Shown piece by piece: positions 27,348-39,495 of a DNA stretch of 64,000 nucleotides (position 1 is its first letter; the number at the start of each line of letters is the position of its first letter). The stretch is from assembly GCF_000315625.1 (NCBI RefSeq), contig NW_005434608.1, positions 145,449-209,448 on the forward strand, given 5' to 3'. The stretch comes from Guillardia theta CCMP2712. Lineage: Eukaryota > Protista > Cryptophyta. The notes under the pieces were generated by a model. The model saw only the letters and a program-made list of their open reading frames with translations. It searched no databases and was not told the DNA's origin. The position numbers and the translations under genes are program-made.

Positions 27348-27622
27348 GCCATCGTACGCCTCGATCCGAAATGGCCTGCGGACACTTCAAGGGGACTGAG
27401 CACGGGGTAGGGGTTGTCGAATACTAGGGTGGGGTCCACTCTGAAGTGGGTTATCAATATAAAATGGACTGGATAAATACGGGTAGGGTGGTCCAAATTC
27501 ATGTTCAACCATTGAATAAAGGGGTGGTGTCAACAGCACCATATGCTAGGAGGGGGTGGGGGTAGGTGGGAGGAATCCGTGACCAGTGTAGATGGGGATC
27601 CAGAGGCAGCGGCCACAGTACA

Positions 27623-29380
27623 ATGCAGGCTACGAAGAGGGGAGGGAGAAAGATTCTTGTAAGCGCGCTGGTGGCGATGGCGATGTGCCGAAGCTTCGCC
27701 GGCGCCATCCATACAACTCCCGCCGGCTTCATGGCGCCTCCAGCGTTGAGAGCGATCGGAGCCGAGGGGAAGCATGTAGTTTGCCACCTGAAGAAGAAGG
27801 ATCCAGGGCCGGGTACAGGAGAGGTGCTGGAGAGCCAGGCGGACCTGCTGACTAGGAGGAGGCTTCTGAGTGCTGCTGCTGGAATCTTGATCCTCCCTGT
27901 CCTCGACATGTTCTTCGGTGCCAAGGCAGCGCATGCGGCTGCAGGCACAGCCAAGGGGGAGCGGGGCCCTCCTGCGGACCTTGGCGAGGTCCTCAAGAAG
28001 GCAGCGACTAGGGCCATAGGAGGAGGAAGGTCGGGAGCAGCAGCAGGCGTCTTGCAAGTCCTGTCGCTCATGTGGCTGAGGACGACGATGAACTACCAGT
28101 ACAGGTATGGAGGGAGCATGTCCGAGGTCATGGCGAAACTGTACAAAGAGGGAGGGGTAGGAAGGTTCTACCGGGGGGTAGGATTCGCGCTGCTCCAGCA
28201 GCCCCTCTCTCGCTTCGGAGACACAGCAGCGAACGCAGGCATGGTGGTCCTCCTCGAGAGCTTCGACAGCACACGGGAACTTCCTCCCTTCGTCAAGACT
28301 GTCTGCGCAAGCGCTGCAGCTGCCCTGTGGAGGATATGGTTGATGCCTATCGACTCGTTCAAGACGAACATGCAGGTGTGTGGGTGGCGATGAGCAAAGT
28401 CAGGAGGAGGAGGAGGAGGAGGAGGAGGAGGAGATTGAAAGGATGGAGCAATCCAGCAGCAGTAGCAGCATCTGCAGATGACATCACATACAGGTGGAGG
28501 AGGAAGGTTTCCAGAAGCTCCTTGCCAAGATCAGAGCTCGTGGTGTTGGAGTTCTCTTTGAAGGAAGTGCAGCAACGCTCGGAAGGTACGGAAGGAGCAG
28601 TACAGGAGGCAGGGGTAGCTGACAGGATAAGCGAGAGTAAGAGAGGCAGCAAGGAAGTGGGCTCCAGGGTGTTGCAGCAAGGACAGATGCTGGAGAGGAA
28701 GGAGAGTCGAATGACGGGAGAGTAGAGGAAGCAAAAGTCTTACTCTCGTCCTTGCAGCTCGTTCGTCGGTCACTATCCTTGGTTTGCCACCTTCAACACG
28801 CTACAGTCCATGATCCCCCAGGCTGGTGAGTGGAGGAAACAGGGGATGAGGGCAGCGGCTGACGTTTGTAAAGATAACAACCTGGCTGTCAAGCTCTTGA
28901 GGAACGCTTGGATCGGACTCTGTGCGTCAGGTGAGCTTGCTCCTCTGCTGGGCAGGTTCCCTTGACAAGCCGTTGGCAGCGGTTTCGGACTGCTGCTCTA
29001 ACTCTCTCCGTGTCATCAAGACGACCAAGCAAACGTCACCGCAGCGAATCTCCTACGTCGAGGCTGTTCAGGTTCGGAGGAAGCGGGAGAGAAGAGGGGG
29101 CTGTTGGGACGAGGATGACGACGAGACGAAGGAGGAGGAGCTGGGATGGTGGTTGTGGTAGACGAGGAGGAGGAAGCTGTTCAGAAGTGCTGACTCGATT
29201 CTCTCAGAATGTGATGCAGGTGGATGGTATCAAGGGGCTCCTTGGCCGCGGCCTCGGCACTCGTCTTGTTACCAACGGCCTCCAGGTACGGAACATGCCG
29301 GCATCTTGACAGTGACTGGGGGAGAGCAGGGGATGCTGTTCTCTGTGGTCTGGCGCTTGTTCGACGAGTACTGGAAGTGA
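27623..29380 (+). CDS. Mitochondrial carrier family protein with a long plastid/thylakoid-type leader, 7 exons
   Basis: Three carrier repeats: MWLRTTMNYQYRYG..GVGRFYRG, MPIDSFKTNMQV..GVGVLFEG, NSLRVIKTTKQT..GIKGLLGRGL. Confidence 0.9.
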
Positions 29381-29488
29381 GCAACTCCGGCCTCCTCGCC
29401 CCTCCCCCTCCTCCTCCATCCCTCCCACTGTTGAGAGATTCTTGAGACTTTTCGTTGAGAAGAAGTGATGTTATTCATACTGTACATG

Positions 29489-32400
29489 TCATGACGTTTT
29501 GGACTCGGCGAGCGGGCGGATTCCTGCGGGGTCCTCGTCAGTGTCCTTCCTAAAAGTGTCCGACTGAGAAGAGAACGCACGGGAGCTATCCGCTGCGAGC
29601 CAGACGTCGTAGCGGATGGACCATCCTTTGAAGTGCACGAGCACCCGCTGAAAGGCGACTGTCAGCTCCGAGGAGATGAGATGGGGTGTGGAGGGGGAAT
29701 AGCGCGCAGGATAGCAGATGAAGGCAAGGGGGGAGGAGAAGGAAGAGAGGGAGCGGGAAGGAGGAGTGAATAGGAGGAGGAGCAAGAGGGAGGAGGACCT
29801 GCGTCCTGAGGCTGTTATCTATGCTCTTGATTTCTGCCTGGTAGAAGGCTCCACGATCTTCACATTCGACGTTCTGCCCAACGAAGAAGCGACTCTTGGA
29901 AGTCTGCGCAATGGATCACAAGGGGGATGAACAAAGTGGAGGAGAGGATGGAGGGAAGGGAAGGGAAGAACGAAGGCTAGAAGAAACTGAGAATGAAAGG
30001 AAGGAGAGAAAGGAAGGATGAAGCACTGAGCTCCAGGAGGAATTCCTGACCTTGTGCTCGAACCGGCTGAGGTAGATCTCATCCCTGGTATCCTTGTCGG
30101 TGATCCCAGGGATCGAGCTCCTCCTCGACCCGCTGTCTCCTACGCTCTCCGCGTCCACCTCCCTCTTTCGCGCCTTCTTGCCTGAGCTCTGCGTTTCCTT
30201 GACAGCCTCCTCGGCCTCTCGCCCTGCCCCTTCTCCTTTGCTTCTGATCTTGGTGTTCTTGATGTGTGTGAACTTGTATCCCCTCCTCTTCTTCTTCCCG
30301 CGCGCTGAAGGAGGTTGTGCCTCGCGACTCTTGCTCTCCTCTCCTCCTGCCTTCCCATCGCTTCCCGCCGTTTTTGCAAGCTTGTAAGGACGCACGTGAT
30401 CGCTCGATCCGCTCGACCGCGCGATCGCTAGCTTCGCGTCCTCCTCTCGCTTCTTCGTCTCCTCCGCATCCCGGCGAATTGGCGGCCTTCCCCTCTTCCG
30501 CTTCAGCGGCTCCTTCCGCAGGATGATCGGATCCTTGTGCCTTCCCTTGCTCCTGATCGCCACCACCTACACACAGATCAACCTCACACTATGTATGCAG
30601 GAGGGATTTAAGTAGGAGGGGGGGGAGGGGGTGGGGGGCGTTACCTGCGGCATGGCCGAGCACAAGTGGCACATGTAGTTGTAGTCCGTGTCGTAGCAGA
30701 TGTCACGAGCCTCGATCGCCTCATCGAAGCACACGAGCGGGTCCTCCCGCATGCAGCAAGTGTGCTGCCAGCTACAGCACCACTCGCAGAAGCACCACTT
30801 GCAATCCCACAGCATCTCCTCAGGTGGGTGGTTCTCCCGGCCACACCGGCACACCACCGGGCACGCGAACTCCCAGTCGTACTTGTTGCACTTGCCGTCG
30901 GCGCATCTGCTGTTGCACTTGTGCGAGGCAGCCTGACCGGTCCAGTGTTAGGAGAGAGGAGGGGTGGAAGGCGGGTTGAGGCAGGATGTCAAGCAACAGC
31001 CAGAGAAAGGGGGAGAGAACGAGAGGCATGCAGGTTGAGGTAGAGGCGCGGAGGAGAGAGGAGGAGGGAGGGGAGCGAAGAGGAAGTGAGGGGAGGGGAG
31101 GGGAGGGGAGGAAAGAAGGAACTTACAGCATCGGCTGCGTCATTCAGATTTCTCCTCTGACGTGCTGTCAGCTCACGGACAGAGTCTTCCGTCTCCTCCG
31201 AAACGTGATGGCTCGCCCTCTTCATCGCCTTCCACAGCTTCGATTCTTCCCTCCACTCCTTGCTGCCTCCCCGCTGTATCTCGTCCTTGGGCGAGGCTCC
31301 GTTGGTCGACCTGAAAACCTGCCTAACACTTCCACTGCTGCCGCCAAGGCGGTGCAGCAACGCATCAGCCACGTCCAAGATTCTTCCTCGCACAGTCGCT
31401 GGCGCCGGATGCGCCTTCTTCAGGCTCTCCGACTTGATGAGGAGCTGCCGTACCAGTCTGTGGATCATCATCATCGTGGAGAACTTGCCGTGACGCATGT
31501 CGTTGAACTGCAGGTGGAGGTCGTTGAGCAGCGTGCATAGGTGCGCGCACTCGTTCAGGGTGAACTCGTGCTTATCCTCGTCCACGTTCACCAGGGGGTC
31601 TTCCTCGAGGGTCTCCTCCCGATGCTTGCTGCTCGACTTACTCTTCCCACTCCCGGCCTTGTCCTTGGAGTACTGTACCATGAAGATCGACCCCATCTCA
31701 CTGTTCCGCTGCATGTACTTGTTCATCGCCTCAACTGCCCGCTGGTGCCTTTCATGGCTCTGGATGGTCAGCTCTCGGCTTATCCTCCTCCCCTCCGAGC
31801 GCGAAGGCCCGCTATCAGCAGGGGGAGTCACTTCAGCTCTCGCCCTCTTGCTCGTTTCTGGTCTGCTCGGAGTGGCTGATGACGTCAGTTTCGCATCTCC
31901 TCCCGACAAGGCGGCTTCCAGCGCTCGAAGCATCAGCCCTCCTGGGAACTGCGGGACGTGCCGCAACGACATGTCAGGCCCGAAAAGCGACCGGGGAAGA
32001 CTCCTATCCTGCTCCCCATCCTCGTCCCGACGGGCGTTGCTGTCCCAGTCCGTGATGATCCCCTCCTGCTTAGCAACGTTCAGGAGCTTCGCATACCACG
32101 AGTCGAGCTGTGCAGGAGTGGGGCAATGTTGATGCAGCGGCCGCATGTGGAAGATGTAATCGTGATGCAGATCGTTGGGCGGCATGCTCCATATAAAAAG
32201 GGCTTCGAACCCTCGCTTCTTCACAGCATCCAGGTATCCAAGTAGAACTCTGCGGACAACCTCCTTCCTCTCTCGGGTGCACTCTTCAGGGTCTGAGCAG
32301 GTGCTACTGCTGCAGACATCCCTCCCCCGCAGGCAGCACGAGGCCTTGTGGTAAAGCTGGACGGAGTCGATGTAGGAGATGTAAGCCTTGTTCTTGTTCG

Positions 32401-33789
32401 GCTCGGGAGCGTCTGATCCAAACTCTGCCACCACCAGTCCCAGAAATGCTACATCGGTTTCGTCCTCACACTCAACGAAGCACATGATGTTCTTCAGCAG
32501 GTATGGGAAGTTCTGTTTGCCGAAACGTGCAGTGAAGCCTGGCGTGCTCTCCTGCATTCTCTTCACGTTGCTGACCGTCCTGATGATCACAGGGCAGCTC
32601 TTCTCCAAGCCCTTGAACACCTTCTTCGCCACATAGCTCTGCATGTGCTGCGACAGGGGGCTCTCTTTCATGTCCCTTGCCCTCAGGTTCAGGTACAGGC
32701 AGTTCAGCTGTGGTTTCGCTAGCGAGTTCCACTTGTCTTGACAGTCTCTGTGGATGCATCGAGGAGGAATGTCTCCATACATCTCCCGATTGTATCGAAC
32801 GCAACGGTCGTGGTACTTCCTGCCGCAGAAGGGGCATTCGCACATAGATTCCACATCTTGCTCCACCACTTTGGAAGTGAACTCCGTTGCAAGTATGACC
32901 TTCGATTTCGCCTCGTCCGGGGGGGCAGCAACCTTGGCTCCCTCTGTCTCTTCCTTGGGAGGAGTGTACATTCCATCACGTTGAACCACCTGGACGAGAA
33001 GGAGTCACATAAAACAGCAACCCTGCCTAGACGTCCTCAAGGGGCTTCTAACCTGGAAGCAATAGATGCACATGTTGACGATTGACACGGGGTGACCAGG
33101 CTCGTGCTCGGGTGGATCGCAATGTTGCCAGAAGGGCCACCCTTGCTTGATAATACCCTCACACCTGTTTGTCAAGAAGTGACTTTGGGTTCTGATTGAG
33201 AGGTCAAGTGGTCTACAACCTGCTACATATGAGTGCGATGGTCTTGGCGTTTCCAAGTTTCTTGGCAGGGTTGAAGCACATAGCACAAGGATCTTTCCAC
33301 TCATCCTCGTTGCTGTCTACCTTGGTATTCCGCGTTGAGATCCGTTCAGTGGAGGCGACAACCTTGGTTTCCGCTGCAGACTTACTCTGAGAGCACCGTC
33401 AGGCATAAACATGCAACAAGCGCCGGAAGAGCGTCTGCACCTCATCATCGCTGCTCCAAGTCGGAGATAACCTATCGGTCTGACGACGAATTCTCTTTCC
33501 ACTCCCAACAAGTACCTGAAAGAAGCTGTGAGTCGATATAAGGCATTCAGAGGGTGAAGATACCTCCTTCATGGGGTCACTGCCGGGCAAATATCGCTTT
33601 ACACTTCGCCGAGATCGTTTCCTTTCACGAGGAGGCTTCTTAGGAGAAAAGGATGGCCTCTTCTTGGCACGTTTCGGTCCAGAATTCTCGTATTCGCCTT
33701 CGCTCTCGTCATCCACTTCCCCACTACTTTCTTCCTCTTGGTCCTCATCACTTGAATCGTCATCCTCATCATCGTCGTCCTGATCATCA

Positions 33790-33822
<33 letters not shown>

Positions 33823-35183
33823 CCATTGTCCTCCTCCTCCTCTTCCTCCTCTTCATTCCTGCTGCAAGATTCCTCACTGCTATTTTGCTCTTCCTCGTGC
33901 TCGCTCTCATCCTCGCCATTGTCCTCTTCTTCATCCCTTGAGCGACTTCGGAGTTTCGCGCTCCGAGCAGGTCGCTTAGACTTTCTTTGTTTCCCGTTTT
34001 CACAAGGCAAGCGAGAATATGCCTCTCTCACTTTCTCTTGCTCTCCCTCAATCTCAATGAATCGACGCATGGACTTTACAAACGCAGCAGGATACCATCC
34101 TTCCTGAAGTTCTTGCAAATCAGATGGTGTTCATAAAAGAAGGGAGTTCAAACCTCTCCTGTATCCAAGCGAAGCAATACCCATCCCTTAACCTCTTCGA
34201 CAAGCATGGTACAGCTCACTCCCGACTGATCCGACTATTACGCAAATAAAGCACAAGTTTCAGGAGCTTACTTCAAGTGAAAGAATATCTTCATCTTCAT
34301 CAAGATACTTCTTGATGGTCTGACAACAAAGTCATTGCCATCATGCTTGATTTCATCAGCCAGACATGTTCAAATTTACCTTTATCCGGCTTACTTGCGT
34401 CACGGTAACAGGAAACCATGACTTCTTTGGAAGTGTGATGTTTTTGTAAACCTGAAGTCGAAACATTATTGGGAGAACATAACGATTGACTTTTAGACTG
34501 AATACTTTAGATCTCGGCAAAAAACCTTGGTGACCTTCAAGAAAACCACCTTTTGGTTCAATATCCTTTGAACAGTACCACTCTTTGCCTCTGATTTCGT
34601 ACCTAGAAATTTGCATAAGACTGATAGTCGGTAAAGCGGTCAAAGACTCACTCGTTCCCTATCGTCAGAGAGTCAATACTTGTCCTTGATGAGTCTATTT
34701 CGATCAAGCGAAAGCCTTTGACATCTCTCCACTCATTGTCCACAATAATGCAGAAACCGTTGCATTTCCACTGCAACGACGGGCTTTCAGAATTCTGCCC
34801 ATCCTGCTCGCCAAAATGGAGTGATTAGACACAAGAGCGATCGTACATCATCATGTGCTTGCCACCTTGGATTTCGTCGAGGAGCTTCTCTTGGTAAAGG
34901 TCGCTCCTTCCCAACAGAAAACCTCCACTTCCGAAGACCGTGTCTTCCCCTTGGAACGCATGGGTCGCTTGATATCCTCTTGCCCAGATTCATCACCGCT
35001 AGAGGCATCCTCTGATACATCCTCTGAGGCAACATACTCGCTGTCTGCCTCGCTCTGACTCTCTTCACTACCACTCTGTTCTGACGACCCAGAACTGACC
35101 TCCTCTTCACTTGAATCTCTCTGCGAACGCCTCGAGGCTGGCCTCCTCGGCACACTCGATCTCTTCCTCGATCCTCGAGCCAT
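29489..35183 (-). CDS. p300/CBP-type (KAT11) histone acetyltransferase with SH3, Cys/PHD fingers, AT-hook and C-terminal chromo-barrel (Tudor-knot)
   Basis: AEFGSDAPEPNKNKAYISYIDSV, LLGYLDAVKKRGF..FIWSMPP..DYIFH..P..QLDSWY and LQFNDMRHGKFSTMMMIHRL match the p300 HAT core. CECPFCGRKYHDRC is the PHD; KRKRGRPP is an AT-hook; FFVGQNVEC..YQAEI..VLVHFKGWSIRYDVW is a Tudor-knot. Start codon uncertain. Confidence 0.88.
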
Positions 35184-36846
35184 GTGTCCTATCTCCGAAC
35201 AAGGATTCACTCAGGACCTCGTTGCACCTACATCTTCCAACCTGCCTCCCCCATCACGCCAAATTGAAAAATGCGGCAAGATGACGCTCACCTGCGAGAT
35301 CTGGCAGCCCAGGCACTCGACATTTTGGATGCTCTTACCAGAGGCTCGAATCTAACGTAACCTATTCGTCGGGTGACAGAAAAAACCTCCTCATGGTCAA
35401 TCAAGCAGCCTGCCCAGGCATGTCATCATGTTAGAATCAGGCCGCTCTGAATTCTATCTGTCGAATGGATGAACATGTTGATATCCACTACACATATTTA
35501 GGAGCCATAAGCCTGAACAGTGGAGTACACATCCTCAAAAGCTTCATCATCTCCATTGGCTATCGAGCACCTTGCACAAGTCGCCGCTGAGCCCTTAGGA
35601 ACAACAATCCACCCGATGGTGCGGAACTTCACATCACATCTAGACCAACAACAAGCAGCATATCTCGCCCAGCATTCACTCTCATCTCAATCCCTTCCTT
35701 CATATTTGCCATTCTTCACTCATTCACGCAACCCGCCATCGCAGCTCACTCCCGCCCCGCCCCCTGTGCCTCTGCCGCATCAAAAATCCCATCTAGGAAG
35801 GACCATTCCTGCACCACCCCTACCTTATTCACCCCTACCCCCATTAACATGTTTCAAAACCAGGTGTGATCAGCGCTCGAGTTTGTTGTTTGACTACCCC
35901 CCACCCCACGGAAAATTCGAAATCGACACTATCACCTTTGTCCCACCCCGACCACCCCACCTCATGAAACCTCATTCTAGATACCCCCGTCTCAAGGAAA
36001 TTTGGGTACCTACCCTTTTATCTATGGAAGGGTTACCCGTACCGGTACATGGAATATCCAAGATGGAATTGTTGAGATGCGAGCAGTAAAAGGTATGTAT
36101 CTCATACCATACCCCATTTTACTTATTACTATATCTATGATATTTTCTAAGTGTACGGTATGATAGAATCAACAATTATCCTACTGCAAGTGTACCCCAC
36201 CGTCGATGGTAAGTACCCGCCCTCGCACTTCACACCCAACTCAAAATACTACCCTACCCCTCAAATCCATGGATAAAATATACCCTACCAGGTTCTCAAA
36301 ACAATTTCAGTGCGGGGTCCTTGTGGCTGAGAGAAGCACTACCCCACCCAATTTTATAATCATTTGATATTCATATTCCAAATTTTGATTTCAAATTTCA
36401 AACTTCAAAATGAAGAAAGTAATATTTGGTTGGAAATTCAATTGTCAACCAGGAACGGGTCAGAGAGTGCTAACGAGAGAGCATGCACAAGCTTTTGGGG
36501 TCAAGGAGAAGGGCGGAAAGCGGCAGAGGCGATGGAGCTATGCATACATGCCAATGGAGTGATAAGACAAGTCACAAAACAGGCAGAGCAGAGTAGAAAA
36601 AGGGAAAGGGCCTGACACAGCAAGGCAGGGCAGAGCAGAACAAAGAAGGGCAGGGCATGTTTGGCATGGAGGGGCAGGTCACGGTAGGGCAGGTGGGAGT
36701 GTAGGCTAGAGACTGGTTTACAAAGAACTCATTCAATCATGAAAAATGAACAGAGTGCAGACGGTCTGAATGGCCTATTTGATCAGGATCCTGCCTTGGC
36801 TATGTCATAACGTTTGGCACCGCCAGGTTTATTTCGGAGAGGAGAT

Positions 36847-37355
36847 ATGATTATTCCTATTCGATGCTTTACGTGTAACAAGGTGAGGCTTGTTTGCGTC
36901 AAGCTTGGGTTATGATTGTGTAATTCCCTTGACAAAACAGACCATTGGGCACATGTGGCGAAGATACCTCGAAATCCTGGAAAACTACGATAAGGAAGAT
37001 GGAGCCGAGGTGCATTTCAGATCACTCCGCGACTTCTCGAATGACTGTCGAACTCCAGGTGAAAGCTTTCGAGGAGTTGGGGCTGAAGCGATACTGTTGT
37101 CGAAGTAAGTTGCATGTCCCATCTTTCATCCGCTGAGTTGACAAGAAACATAACCTAATTTTTGATTGATTTTCTGTTTGCTCTGCTTATCAGTGCACAT
37201 GAATTCTTCATTGATTTGGAATTTTTAGGAATGTTGCTTACACATGTTGACTTGATCGAAAAGCTCATGGTTTACAACCGTAAGTTACTGCTCGCATGTT
37301 TTCTGTAGCTAAAAACATTCGCACAGCTCTTGAAAGCACAAACCTCGTGGAATGA
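36847..37355 (+). CDS. RPB10: DNA-directed RNA polymerases I/II/III shared subunit RPB10, 5 exons
   Basis: MIIPIRCFTCNK|TIGHMWRRYLEIL...|VKAFEELGLKRYCCR|RMLLTHVDLIEKLMVYNP|LESTNLVE*. Confidence 0.97.
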
Positions 37356-37632
37356 GACTTGGCGGTCTATAGAAATCTAAATCTTATATTTACCTGTTAA
37401 CCTGACTGATGAAACAATATGTATGAAATTGAACTGAGAAAGGCAAAACGCAATTCCTGATTGAAAAAGCTTTTTAGACTCAAACAGTGGTTTGGCATGG
37501 TGCACAGTATCGTTTTATGCAGGAGAAGTCTCAGTATTTAATGTTTGGTCTCTAATTACAAATTCATTACATTGCAGCGCTATATATGTGCGGACTCCAC
37601 GGAACTGATTTTTCAAGCTGAAGCACTCAAGA

Positions 37633-38451
37633 CTATACAGCGCTTAAGATAACGTCCGATATACTCAGATGTGATCGTTTGACGACACAAATCTCAATAT
37701 CATGTTGATGACTTGATTCATGCAACGGTGTATGGCTCGGAATAATTTCAGGAGGTTCAGGGCTGAAACTTACGATGACATCGCTGTGTTTCTTGGAGGA
37801 TGTTCCCTTCGCTTTTCTCCGCTTTGCGCGTTTTGTGAGCATCATGGGAGGAGATCTGATAGGTAGGCATAGGTAGAGCACTGAACGCCTTCCTGACGAG
37901 CGCTTTAGCATCTCAAAGTTCATGGCAGTATTCCTGCTGTTGTGAAACTCTACAGACTCATCGTTGCTCCAATCAATCAATTCCATTTTGAATGGGTCTT
38001 TCGCATCCTTGCTTCCGCGTGTGTCGTATCTTTTCACTGAGTCAAACGCATGGATGCCCGGGTTGCAAGGTCTGGTGAATGAGGTGCCCGCGAGGAGATC
38101 TGGCTTGCTGCTATGGCTGCCACATGAGGGTCTTGGAGACACTTCGCAACTACACATCCTCGAGGAACAACTTTCAGAGGCTTTCGATGACGATGATGCT
38201 ACGAGAAGTTCTGATACTCCGAATAAAGTTGAGGAGGGGTCTTTGACCTCCAGGGTGTTCTTGCCAACGTTCTGCCTAGAGGCTAGGGTATGTGATAACA
38301 AAGAAGTATCAGGCGTTGAAGCATGCGAAAGCATGGACGATGACGAGGATTGGTCTATGCACGTTAGAGAGAGATTGGATGAGGACAAGGAGGAAGATGA
38401 AGAGAGCAAGGAGGAAGGGGAGGAGGAGATCGTAGAGAAGCGTGTTCCCAT
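37633..38451 (-). CDS. Hypothetical Ser-rich protein, single ORF of 272 aa
   Basis: Uninterrupted ATG-started ORF with a basic patch KRAKRRKAK; no domain recognised. Confidence 0.45.
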   Translation of the reverse strand: MGTRFSTISSSPSSLLSSSSSLSSSNLSLTCIDQSSSSSMLSHASTPDTSLLSHTLASRQNVGKNTLEVKDPSSTLFGVSELLVASSSSKASESCSSRMCSCEVSPRPSCGSHSSKPDLLAGTSFTRPCNPGIHAFDSVKRYDTRGSKDAKDPFKMELIDWSNDESVEFHNSRNTAMNFEMLKRSSGRRSVLYLCLPIRSPPMMLTKRAKRRKAKGTSSKKHSDVIVSFSPEPPEIIPSHTPLHESSHQHDIEICVVKRSHLSISDVILSAV

Positions 38452-38721
38452 TCCTGGGACTACGAAATGAGACTATCGCACCGTAAAGAGTGTTGTGGTC
38501 GAAAAGAACGGGGTGGGATTGGAATTGCTGTACAGAAGGGCATCAAAGTAGGGGTGGGGTATACGATGTAACCCAACCTTATTCCGGATTTCCAATGGCA
38601 TTACACGGGGTAGTAGTGAGGTCACATGGGTGGTGATGAGATAGGCTTGTAGAACATGTTCGGCAAAGGGTGGGGTGGTATCCAAGCCGAGTCTGAACTT
38701 CCGGCGAAGTTCAGTCACACT

Positions 38722-39495
38722 GGCGGCGGCCCAACCGTTAGTTCAGTTTCTCGGAGCCGGCGGCGGCGGCCCTGGCCGCGCCGGGAGTCCCGCCTGTGAC
38801 GGTGGCGGCCGGGCGCCGCTAGCCTGAGGCAAGCAGGGTCACCCGGTCTCACTCGGACTGCCGCAGTGACTCCGAGTCAGCGCTACGTACTACCGTAAGC
38901 TCCCGGCGCCGGCGATTCCCGGCGCCCCCGGGCGGCCCGGCCGGGTTCCCGGAAGTTCACCGTGAGAGGCGCGGCGCCCGGGCCGGGGGAACTCCGACTC
39001 GGATCATCGGATACTGAACTTGGAGTACGCCATTCAACTTGTGACTGATCAGAAAAACTTGCCGCGCTCACCAACTTGCGGCTGATGGAGAACAAACCGT
39101 GCCTTGAAAGCAACAGCCGGGCAGTCACAGCGGACGGTCGGCGCCCGGCCGTGACTCAGGCCCGCCCACCGCGGCGCCGGTCACCGGCGGACCGTCAGAC
39201 TGACGGGAGTCACGTTCCGGGAAGAATGCAGACTCCGCGGCGCGCCGGGCGCCGCAGTGAGGGCTATATTGTTTACATGCTGATGGATCAATGGCGATCC
39301 GATGAGGTTGTACCGGGCCGTCACCGCCCGCCCGGCCACCGTGTAACTAGTAACCGTCCGAGGGGCCAGCCTACTCCGAGTCCCGGAGCCTCGGAGTCCG
39401 GCGCCGCCGCCGCCGCCGGGCCGGGGCCGATCTGAGCCCCGGGCCCTGACTCTCAGAGTCTGACTCGGAGCTACTCAGTCCTCGACTCAGGCTCC
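38722..39495. other. Very GC-rich, CCGG/GACTC/GTCAC-rich intergenic island between divergent genes
   Basis: Composition differs sharply from the flanks. A similar tract lies at 56078-56450, with shorter ones near 12620-12770, 14185-14275 and 23893-23935. Confidence 0.6.
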
